DNA from: Geosiphon pyriformis uo1
Lineage: Eukaryota > Fungi > Glomeromycota
Assembly (NCBI GenBank): GCA_016748015.1
Contig: JAAOMT010000450.1
Location: 1 to 46,399, forward strand
Length of the DNA: 46,399 bases
Direction: 5' to 3'
The notes below the pieces were generated by a model, which did not search any database, had not been told where the DNA came from, and saw only the letters and a list, made by a program, of their open reading frames with translations. Shown piece after piece: positions 35,600-46,399 of the stretch. Position numbers and translations under genes: made by a program. Positions within the stretch are counted from its first letter, which is position 1, and the number at the start of each line of letters is the position of its first letter.

Positions 35600-37250
35600 T
35601 CAATTCTAGCTGAGTTCAAATTCTAATGTTGATGATTTCATTACTTAAATCCTTGAGAGGCGAAATAATCATGATTTCGATGTTGTTAGGTTAATTTACT
35701 TTCATTACTAAGAGTCTATCATCACCAAAAATATATAAAATGATATACTCAATTGATTTAAAAGAAGTTGATAGATTTTTATAAAATATCCATGGTGAAT
35801 AATTATACTTGAAATGTTATATTAATGAAAATTTTTATCACGTTTACACCTAAAGATAAAGTTTCTTTAAATAAATATAAAAATTATGGAAATAACTCCT
35901 GTTTATCCTCTTAACTCTAGTTATCTTTTGGTAAAATATTATTAAAAACAAGTCTCTAAATGATGTTATTGAATAGTTTTAATGATTTTTAAGTTAGTAT
36001 ACGGGTTTCAATAATCATATACATGTATATTCAATTTGCATTTAGAACCTACTTTAATAAGTTAAAAGGAAACATGAAAATCAGTTTTTTTGCACCTTTT
36101 GCTACAACTGATGGAGGCTTTGGGTCTTACCAACTGGGTTACTACATTAGAAAATGACAAAGTTATAGTATATATTATGAATTTACCATATTTTATTAAA
36201 AAAAGTAAGATTGAATGGGAACACGTGCTTGCCTTTCGTGAATTTCATCAATTTTTTTATTCAAACACTGGGTATCATAACTTGTTGATTAAAACTACTC
36301 TAAATTTAATCGGAGTTAAAACAAATAAATTTTAAGTTAATTTTAANNNNNNNNNNNNNNNNNNNNNNNNNNNNNNNNNNNNNNNNNNNNNNNNNNNNNN
36401 NNNNNNNNNNNNNNNNNNNNNNNNNNNNNNNNNNNNNNNNNNNNNNNNNNNNNNNNNNNNNNNNNNNNNNNNNNNNNNNNNNNNNNNNNNNNNNNNNNNN
36501 NNNNNNNNNNNNNNNNNNNNNNNNNNNNNNNNNNNNNNNNNNNNNNNNNNNNNNNNNNNNNNNNNNNNNAGTTAAAAGGAAACATGAAAATCAGTTTTTT
36601 TGCACCTTTTGCTACAACTGATGGAGGCTTTGGGTCTTACCAACTGGGTTACTACATTAGAAAATGACAAAGTTATAGTATATATTATGAATTTACCATA
36701 TTTTATTAAAAAAAGTAAGATTGAATGGGAACACGTGCTTGCCTTTCGTGAATTTCATCAATTTTTTTATTCAAACACTGGGTATCATAACTTGTTGATT
36801 AAAACTACTCTAAATTTAATCGGAGTTAAAACAAATAAATTTTAAGTTAATTTTAAGTTAATTTTAATTGCTATTATTTTACTAATATTAACAGTTTTAA
36901 GTGGCTCTATTGTAGTAGTTAGTTTAAATTTTAAGAATAAATAAATAATTGATGACTTTTTTTAATTTAGAAAATTAGTTTTGCAGTTGTTCTTATCATA
37001 TCAATTCTAGTCAATGTAATAGTCAACACTAAATTTACTCTAAAAAATGGAAAAGATATAGAATTTTTACATCCATATACCAAAATAATTAAATTTTAAT
37101 TTTGAAAGTACAAACATAATTAATTATTATATTCAGTATTATTTTTCTAGTTATACCAATTCTTTAATAGTGAACTGACAGGGTTCATTATTATATTAAC
37201 AGAGATTATCACCAATTCGAATTTCATATAATTTAATGAAATCATTAATC
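35600..37250 (+). pseudogene. Decayed third paralogue of the same membrane-protein family
   Basis: 36970-37080 aligns with exon 33311-33421 and 37136-37225 with exon 33503 onward; FATTDGGFG at about 36099 resembles the family's N-terminal region. The 5' boundary is approximate. Confidence 0.65.
36060..36856. repeat. 287-bp exact duplication across an N gap (36060-36346 = 36570-36856); probable assembly artefact
   Basis: Identical copies abut the gap and give the duplicated 81-aa ORFs in the track. Confidence 0.85.
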
Positions 37251-37408
37251 TCTTGGTCGTAACCAGTACTTTGGTNNNNNNNNNNNNNNNNNNNNGCGTT
37301 ATTTCAAAATATTTTACCAGAAAAGTTAAAGGAAAACAAAAGTTTATTATACAAGAAAAATTGTTTGGTTAAATTCTATTCATTTTTGTAATAATTTTGA
37401 GTCATTTT

Positions 37409-37456
<48 letters not shown>
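37409..37456. repeat. (TAT)n microsatellite; others at about 714-733 and 45990-46025
   Basis: About 16 perfect trinucleotide units. Confidence 0.95.
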
Positions 37457-37457
<1 letters not shown>

Positions 37458-37479
37458 GATATGATTCTTTATAACGTCT

Positions 37480-37880
37480 TTTCATATTCTTCCAATCAAA
37501 GTTCTGGATATACAATAATGTGAAAAAACTTCTTCGATTGATATCCTGAAAAATATTATACCAGATGACTAGCTTTTGAGGTATTTTTTTTCAATAAACA
37601 ATAGGAAAACTCAAGAAATACTTCATGTTCATGTAAAGTACCCGGTATGTACAAAGCCATCAATTGGAAAATTAGGTGTCCAATCATAACCATAGTAATC
37701 TGCCAAAGCTTTATGAAACATAATTTCTCTGCAGTAAACAAGTATGTCATTTCCAATTTGTGGCTCACCGAAAGTGATAAGACTTATTGATATTCCATTT
37801 TATGAGCTCTTATCATCATTTATAAGTTAAAGTAAACTTGCTTACCAGCTCCATAACCGAACTCTGTGAATGTATAGAGA
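37480..37880 (-). pseudogene. Class-3 lipase-like pseudogene fragment
   Basis: LYTFTEFGYGA|GTAAGC intron, ISLITFGEPQIGND (cf. TFGxPRVGN), IT-YGYDWTPNFPIDGFVH (cf. RVTxxxDxVPxxP...YxH). Frameshifted. Confidence 0.7.
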
Positions 37881-39555
37881 TTTAATTTATATATATATGT
37901 TAATTTATTTTTCAATTCAAAATTTCCCAATTTTCCAAAAAGAAAGTCATCATATGTTCTCAACAACTATAAAACGTTATAATTTTAAATTAAGAATTTT
38001 CAAATTTGAATATTTTTATTTTATCACATTATTTAATTGTTAATTGACATGAAAAATATAAATTATGAAACAATGTTTAATATTATTATTTATATATTAA
38101 TAATTAAAAATCAAAATTAAAAATCATAATTGTTTTAAACAAAAATAAAGATTTATAAAAAAAATATAGATTTATTTGAAAATTAATTATATAATTTTTG
38201 ATAACTTAAAAATCGTTTCAACTTTTTATTTTTAAAATTAAATTTATGTAAACAAATATTGATGTTATATTGTTGATTTTTTTTATTTTGCCAAACATAT
38301 ATAAACAAACTTGATATACATATCGTGCAACAATTATGAATCTGTTAAGTATTAATTACAAAATATTAAAAAATTTGAATATAAATTTGAAAATTTATGA
38401 ACTGCTAAAATAATTACAAACTTTTTAGTTTAATTTCAATAAAAAGTTATTGTAAAAAATAATTAATAAAATTAAATACTTTACAAAAAAATTTGTAAAA
38501 TAATAAAAAAGATTTTTTTTCAATAAAAATTTTTAATAACTAAAATAAAATTTAAAACAATGTTAAGTTAATGTATAATCATAAAATTATTTATTAATAA
38601 TATAAGAGAGTTTGTTTTTATTAAAATATAAAATTTGCATGCTTTAAATAAAAAACTTTATTATATAAACAAAAAAATAATATTTTTAATAAATATAAAA
38701 TTTAACCAATATAGTGAAATCACTTTGTGAAATAAAATATTAAAAAACCAAATTATATTATTTTAAAGTTTTAAGTTATTTTAATTATTGATTCAAAAAA
38801 TAAACAAGAAAAATTTAAGGTTAATATTAAATTAAAATTTATTTACTTAATCAATTTTAATTTTAAAATATAATACAAAAACACATAAATTTAAAAAAGT
38901 TTTAATATAAATTGAGATTTTTAAAGACTAATTTAAATTTTACACATAAAATATTATCTGAATTATATGGTCAATAATAATAAAAACATACTATTTATTT
39001 ATTTTATGTAATTATTGTGTTTTTAAAATTAAATAATAAATAAATTAATAAATAGGGTTAAATAAAAATTTAAATAAATTACATACTCAAATTATAAAAG
39101 AATTTTAATCTTGAATTTAAGTTAAAAAAGTGGTTTTAATTATTATAATAACTAATAAATAGTTATTTAATATACAGTATAATGCAAAAAACTTTGCTTT
39201 TAAAATTTTAATCAAATATAAAAATATATTTCTTTATTATATTTTAATAATTTTCGATTATGTAATTAATTTAAAAATAACAATATGGAAAAAACATCAA
39301 AATTTTATAATAATTATAATTAATTACTTATTAATTATTACTTTTATTTATATAATCAAAAAAATACATATGTAAAAATAAATATATTTGTAATAAGTTA
39401 ATTATAAATTTTTCTTTAGATTAAAAAATATTTTCAAATTTTTAAATAAATTTTAGCTAAAATAAAAATATTATAACAATTATTTTGATTTATATAAAAA
39501 TATAAATTTTTATATTAAAATTTTATTTAAATAAAATATTTATTTTTAAACTTAA

Positions 39556-40272
39556 TGTAAGAAAGAAATTGTATAATCCTAAGTATCCTAGCATAGCATG
39601 CATTAGGTGTAGAATAGTTGAGGATTCTGATCACATGTTTTTATGTGTGCATAATATCAATACCAAAAAAGATTTATTATTGGCCACTAGTATAGAATAG
39701 TGTAAGCTCATTAATGATCCTGTTGTAAGAAGTGTAGTGGTCCAGTCTTTGCATAAGGCTGAAGTGTCTGATAATTTGTACATGTTGTTGGCCAAGAGAT
39801 TTGTTCAGAAAAGCTGGATGGCTGACGCTATTTGTTGTTTTAGCTCTGTATTTGGTGGCGATTTGGTCATCAGATTGGTTTGCAGTGTTGCCAAAAGTTA
39901 CAGATCTAATGTTTGGTTGCCTGGTGCCAAATTGAGATTTTTTTATAAGAAACACAATCTTTTATCACATAATAGATCTGCTGTATCATCAGTTGCCAGT
40001 TTGTCATTCTTTTGGTCTATTGAAGTTATTCGCAGTTTTAGTGTCAAGTTGGGTATTCATGTATGCTTTGGTTTGGGCCTTTGTTTAACTAGTTTGGATT
40101 TTGGTTTTTTGAGTTGTGTTCCTTTAGTGGATCCTTTAAGTGTGTAGTGCTATCTTGACTGGCCTGTTACGTGTAAAAAAAGCATGAGCCACATTTAATT
40201 TAAAATTTTGTTTGATTTTATGTATTTAGATAGTGGTTGAGCTGTACTTGTAAAACTTTGATAAAAAAAAAA
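39556..40272 (+). mobile_element. 5'-truncated LINE (ORF2 C-terminus, 3' UTR, poly(A)) related to the large LINE
   Basis: VRKKLYNPKYPSIACIRCRIVEDSDHMFLC..DNLYMLLAKRFV matches RKYVYYKSYPNDKCLFC..DGFYFMLAKGFV; poly(A) at 40263-40275; TSD AAACTTAA at 39548-39555 and 40273-40280. Confidence 0.88.
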
Positions 40273-40849
40273 AAACTTAAATAGCTATAATAAAATTCAA
40301 AAATAAAAGCTTTTACTTTATTTATATATTATATAATTTTTGTTACCAATTATTAGTTTCAATTATTTTTTTATTTTGTTATAATTAATAATATTATATG
40401 ACTAATTTTTTTATTCATTATTAGTTAATTATTTTTTTTAATTCAATTAATTAATAATATTTTTCACTTATTGTTTTTTAATAAAATTTTTTTTATCAAT
40501 TAATATTAATTCTTTATTCAATTATTTTTCAGTTAATTTTATAATTATTTATTTTTGCCATTATTTTTTAATGATTTTTTCATTACTTACTATTTTAGTT
40601 AATTACTTAATAATTTTAGGTTTTTAATATTATTGTTTCAATTCATTTTTTAATCTATTTTTTTTTAAATATTTGTGAAAATTGACAAAATCTAAAATTT
40701 GAATTTTTTAATAAATTATAATTTAAAATAAACATTGTGAATTTTAATAAAAAATATATTTATAATTAAATACAATTAATTATGATGTTAATTTAACCTA
40801 AAAATTTTAAATTTTAAATTATTTTCATATTTTGGATATATTATGTTTT

Positions 40850-40960
40850 AGTGGCCAGTCAGACACTGTTAATAGCACGATCCGCATTTTTTGTATGATA
40901 TTTGAATTGTGTAAAAATAGTTGGTGGCTGGACTGCACTTGTAGTGACATGAAAATAAAT
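40850..40960 (+). mobile_element. Very short LINE 3'-UTR fragment
   Basis: GC-richer island ending tagttggtggctggactgcacttgtagtgac then A-rich sequence, similar to the 3' termini of the two LINEs. Confidence 0.45.
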
Positions 40961-43151
40961 GTTTACAAATTGTCTATGGTTTTGAGTTTTTTGTAAAAAC
41001 GTATTAAGTTTTTATAAATACTTTATTTTCATTGAATTTTACAATTAAAATAAATTAATTTAAAAAATTTAATAATACAAATAAGTTTATGTTAATTATC
41101 AAAAAATATATTAAATTAATTTTTTTTGACAATTAAAACAATTTATAAAAAAATGAAATAGATATTGTAAAAATTAATATTCAATAATATTTTCTAAAAA
41201 AATTTTAAAATTCTATTATATTTCTGATACTTTAATAATAATAGAATTTGTTGACAGATTAAAAATAACATTTTAAAATAACTAAATATTATATTTATAA
41301 GCTATTGTTTTTACAAAAAAACATTTATATAATATGTTAATTTTGCTTTTAAGAAATTATTTAAGCAAAAAGTAAAAATATGCCAAATTAATAATAAATG
41401 TTTTAAACAGCAAATTATATTATAAAAAACGGTTTAATACAAAATCAAACACTGACAATTTTTTATTTTACTTGATTAATTTTTCTAATTTAATCTTAGA
41501 ACTTTATTTTCTGCATTAATTTTCCATTTATTTATTTATTTAAACAGTAGAATTTCATAATAATCTTAAAATATGTAAAAAAATTAAAAAATAAATTTAC
41601 AATATATAATCCAAATAATATTACTTTTTAATTTAATTTTAATATTAACTTCGTAACTATTTAATTTATGATTGGGTTTCTGTTTTAAAAAAATTGTTTT
41701 TCTATTTTTTTTTGTTAATTTAAACACTTATTCTGTTTTCTAGTTTTTGAACTTTCTAAAAAAAGTTTAATAATGTAAAAAATTATAATTACAGATTAGT
41801 AAATTAATACTAATCTTATTATAATTAAAACTTTTACTTTTTAGATTTACTTATTTATTTAATTAGCCATTCTATTTTTAGAAATAGTTATTAATATAAA
41901 TATTGGCTAGAAACTGTTTAAAAGAAAGATATTAAGTATAGGTATCAACTATATGATATTTCATTCGAAGTCTATGACAACTCATCCAAAACTTACCATA
42001 AAAAAATCCTGCAAATATCAAGGCAAATTCTTTACTATATTTGAATCATCAGAAATAACTTGACTCCCCAATGGATCTCTTTATGTTAATTTGGATATAG
42101 GTGTATTACTTACAGCAGAAAACAAATGTTGATATAGCATATTAGTATTCTTTTTTAACTTTGATTTATATTTATTAATATTGCTTCTGGTCTGGTCCGA
42201 ACTGAGAGGTTCTTCATCATTTACTTTCACAACTCTGATGGCACATAAACTATTAACTATTTTATAGGAAACGTCAAACTAATGCAGATATAAAATAGAT
42301 TAGTTTCAATTCATATATAATATATTATTTTCAAGAAAATGCATGTGCTGTCAGATTATAAACAAAATCTTATCTTTGTGTGGTTAACTACTTCAAAACG
42401 CAGATAAAAATCTTTGTGTAATGCTAAGATAGCAACATAAAATTAAGCATATATCTATAACCTAATGAACTTTCCCACTGTCAGGGAAAAATCTTGTTGG
42501 CGGGCTATTGGGAGCTTAAGCTATTATGCTCTCTTTCTCAGTAGCACCACTATCAACGTACTCATTATTCAATATCAACTTATATTCTACATATATAATT
42601 AAGCTACCTCTGAAAGAAGTGTCATATATTAGGAGGAACCACGAGAATTTTGTTCTTCAATGGTTGATAAAAAATTTTAAAGTTTAGTGTGAGAATTGTT
42701 AGACATTTTGTGAAATTATAGAAAATTCAAATAACCATAACGTAGATATACTGACCTTTTAAAACGTTTTCGCCTCTCTATTTCTGGCCTCATTTAAGTA
42801 TGGAGAATGTGGAGGTGACAAAAAAATTTAACAAAGAATATGCATATGCCACAAGTTTAAAACAATCACGATTAAATCAAGCATGCAAAAGTTTGATGAC
42901 CTTTTAATTATGATCATGAAGTAATGATAAACATCGATAAGGACTTTCCTCATTTATTGTCTATAGGCCCTTTAAAACCCAATCTTAGAGGGAAAATATA
43001 AAATTCAGGCTTTAAGACCTCTGACAATGAATTTAAGGGACCAAATACTCTGAATTAATTGATTAATTGATAATATGCAGATTGACATCTCTAATAGCAT
43101 AAATACTGACACATAAGAAAAGATCTTATTCAAATTTCTTATACTTTATCA

Positions 43152-44590
43152 ATGTCACTTTAACAACAATTTCACATTTATCCAATGATTTTGGGAATTT
43201 ACTAGATAGTTAGAAATTTTATGATGTCAGAATTGTTGTTGGAGAAGCACCCAATCTCAGAACTTTTCATGTTTATTTACAAATTTTAGCAGCAAGATTA
43301 TCATATTTTGCCCTAGTACTCTCTAATAATTGGTTTAAAAGGGAAAACAATGCCATTATCTTTGCTAAACCTAATATTTTACCTGAAATTTTTGAAATAA
43401 TTCTTAGGTAAGGGTTTTTATTTGCTTCAAAGTATTTTGGCCAATATTAATTCATATCTTTTATTTTCATGTACAGATATATTTATAATGGTGAGATCTC
43501 TCTTGATAAACATGGAGTCTCTACCATTTTAGAATTGCTTGCTACTGTTGATGAACTTATTCTAAAGAATTTTATTGATCTCCTTGAAGACTATTTGATT
43601 CAACACCATGCAAAAGAGCTAGAAAAAAATTTCATCACTTTGCAGAATATCTCATTTATGCATGATTCTTTCAAAAAGTTACAAGAATTCTGCACCAAAA
43701 TAGCTGCTAACAATTCAGCTATAGTCTTCAATTCCCAAGATTTCACCTCCCTCAGTGAAAATGCTCTTTCCTCAATTTTAAAGAATCTGAAATCTGGGAA
43801 AAAATTGTGGAATGAGGAGTTGCTAAATTGGATAACAATATTCAGATCAAAAAAGTTCTTTACTGGACAGATGAAAACTTTAGCACTTTTAAGAGATCCA
43901 TTGAAAGACTTTTACCTTTAATCCCGCTTCTTTAACATATCTTCAATTGAATTCTATCACAAAGTAAAACCATTTGCGAGAATCTTACCTGGAACTTTAT
44001 ATGAAAGATTTTTTACATCATTATTTTATACCGGGTAGTGATCAAAAGCCTGTATACAGTCAGTCAATAAAATTAAATATCAATTCAATGCTGTTTCAAT
44101 TGCATAATATAAAAGAGCTAGATCATTGGATTCAAGGCAAAGACGAAAACACACCTTTTGGAAATCAACTTGGAAATGAAATGAAATTATTACTTCGAGG
44201 CAGTCAAGACAGATTCACTATAGCCAACTTTCATCGACTATGTGATAATAATGGAACAACAGTAAGCATAATTAAAGTAGAAGGAACTGGTCAGCTGATT
44301 GGCGGCTATAATTCACAATTGTGGCATTCTGGGAATGCTTGGTTGGAGGGAAAAGGAAGTTTTATTTTTTCCCTTGGAAATGGCAAAGTTGGAAATACTA
44401 AACTTAGCAAATTTGTTGGCAGACATGAACCTTATGGTGGGCCAAATGACGGACCCCAATTTGGAGGTGGCAATCTTTGTGTGTATAGCAATGTAAAAAG
44501 ACAAGAGATTATGAGCATGCTCTACTGCTTGGATCAGAAGAGCAACAGGTGAATTTTTTTTTAGAGAAGTATGAAGTTTTTCAATTATAA
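43152..44590 (+). pseudogene. BTB/POZ - BACK - TLDc domain protein pseudogene
   Basis: LSNDFGNLLDS*KFYDVRIVVGEAPN..ILAARLSYF..KPNILPEIFEIILR|YIYNG (BTB, intron about 43408-43476); SFKKLQEFC..FTSLSE (BACK); KLLLRGSQDRF..FHRLCDNNGTT..LIGGYN..SFIFSL..GPQFG..YEVFQL* (TLDc). Stops in exon 1 and several frameshifts. Confidence 0.92.
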
Positions 44591-45988
44591 AAAAATAAAT
44601 TTGCTTTTATTTATTTGGTTATACATATTCTGAAGACTGTACTATTCAAGAAATTCTCATTAGCAGAATATGCTATAGGCTATTATTTTGAGCCTCACAA
44701 TAAAGTTAAAAGAAAATAATATAATTTACTTTAAGCATCAAAAAAACTTAAGAACTTAAAAGTCATTTTTAATAAAAAGTAATCTCTCTGAATTTTAGGT
44801 TCTTGTCACAGGCTATAACCATAAAACACTTTTAGCTGAATAGCTTTAGAAATATAACATTTAAATACATAGTTACTTCTCCCGCTAATTAAGATTATAA
44901 AATTTTAGATGGTGTTTTAGTTTTTACTGTGCATCGAAATAAAACAAGATAGTTTAATAAATATTCAATAAGAAAATTTTGAAAGATTCGAAAAGTTTCA
45001 ATCGAAATATAACCTTATTTTTGAGACGAGTAAGTAGATTTCTTCTAAATACTATTTTTCAAGATTTGATAATTCAAAATACCTAATTTTGCTTCCTTTT
45101 TCTTTTTCTTTTTTTTTACTTTGAATGAAAAACTTTCTTCTTGTTTTTGAAATAAAATTGAAATTGAAACTCTTATATTCAAGTGCAACTGAAAGTACTT
45201 TTAATTCTGCTCCCACAAAATTTTGAAAAATAAATAAAAAAATTTGTTCAATCAAATTTAATTAATAAAAGTTCTCAAAAACTCGGAGGTTATCTAAAAA
45301 TTGGTTTAAAACAATCAATATTATATATATATATTTATTATAATATTGCACTTGAAAAGAAATTTTATTTTTATGAATAAAAGTAAAATATTGATAATAA
45401 ATGATTTTTAAGATGGTTTTAAAATAAATTAATTAATTTTAATTAGATATTTTATTATTAACTTTTATTTTTAAGAATAATTTATATATTTTTACTTGAA
45501 TTATTAATATATGTGATTTACTTAATTATTAATATATTATTTTTATTTGAATTATTAATAAATACATTTTTTTATTTGAATTATTTAATATATTTTGTAA
45601 ATTAAAACTATTGATATTTTTTAAAAAAACAAAAATAAAGAATTCAAAACTGATGTTTTACTTTTTTTTTTTTGAACACAAAAAAAATGATTAGAAAATT
45701 TGTAGTTAAAAAAAATAATTTTTTTTTAAAAATTTTCTTGGAAACAAAAAATTAACCAGTATTAATATTCATTAATTTTTTTCTTTATTTTGTTCTATTT
45801 CTTAGAATGTTTTTAATTATGTGGAAATATTTCATTTAAAACTGTAAAATGATAAAAATGATTTTTGTTAACGATACTAGTTTTTTTAGAACATGAATTT
45901 TTGATAATTTGATTTTTTATTATAATACTTCAATTAAACATTTTTAAAGAAATTATTGAATCTATTTAATTTTTGTTAATTCTTTATA

Positions 45989-46027
<39 letters not shown>

Positions 46028-46399
46028 TAAATTATTTTTGGCTAATAAAGAATTAAAAACAGGCAATTAAATATTTTAGTTATAAATTGAGCAATGAAAA
46101 TTCTCTAGTTTTAAATCTTTTACATTTTATTCGTAATAATTATTATTTTAGAAATTTTATTGAAATACCACATTAAAATACATATGGTATCACAACATTA
46201 TTTATTGTAAGACAAGATAGCAAAAACGTTATCCGAAGGAGGGTCTAACGGGGATCATTTTTTTATTCTTCTAGCAGCTAATTGAATAATCGTAATTTAT
46301 TGATCGATTAATTTTTATCTCAGCAAGATTGGGAAGTTCTTTTGAAAGATATAAAATGAAAAAGTTATATAAGATTATATTAAATGATAAATTAAATAG

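Noticed and set aside
46170-46399. Intron-like segment and peptide LSQQDWEVLLKDIK at the window end
   Set aside because: Too short to assign.

Overview
AT-rich, intron-containing eukaryotic DNA with several N gaps; no prokaryotic operons, CRISPR, rRNA or tRNA were seen. The gene families (TKL kinase-Sel1, BTB-BACK-TLDc, class-3 lipase-like, Ig-like multipass membrane proteins) point to a Glomeromycotina fungus. Geosiphon pyriformis is my best guess, by inference only. The centre holds a full-length, decayed L1/Tad1-type LINE on the minus strand (about 18558-31392; ORF1 with CCHC knuckle; ORF2 APE-RT-RNase H-Zn finger; poly(A) tail; 11-bp TSD). A younger 6.1-kb LTR element (24136-30214; 4-bp TSD GCGA, PBS, PPT, LTRs about 98% identical) has inserted into LINE ORF1. 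That element carries one frameshift-free reading frame of about 1419 codons: Gag-CCHC-protease-unassigned Cys-rich domain-dUTPase. It has no RT, RNase H or integrase, and is the most unusual feature here. The flanks are mostly decayed genes: a kinase-Sel1 pseudogene whose four identical 108-bp repeats share one stop codon, two lipase-3-like remnants with Gly in place of the catalytic Ser, three paralogues of an Ig-like/XK-like membrane protein (one with an intact 3' part), a BTB-TLDc pseudogene, 5'-truncated LINEs, minisatellites and assembly-gap duplications.
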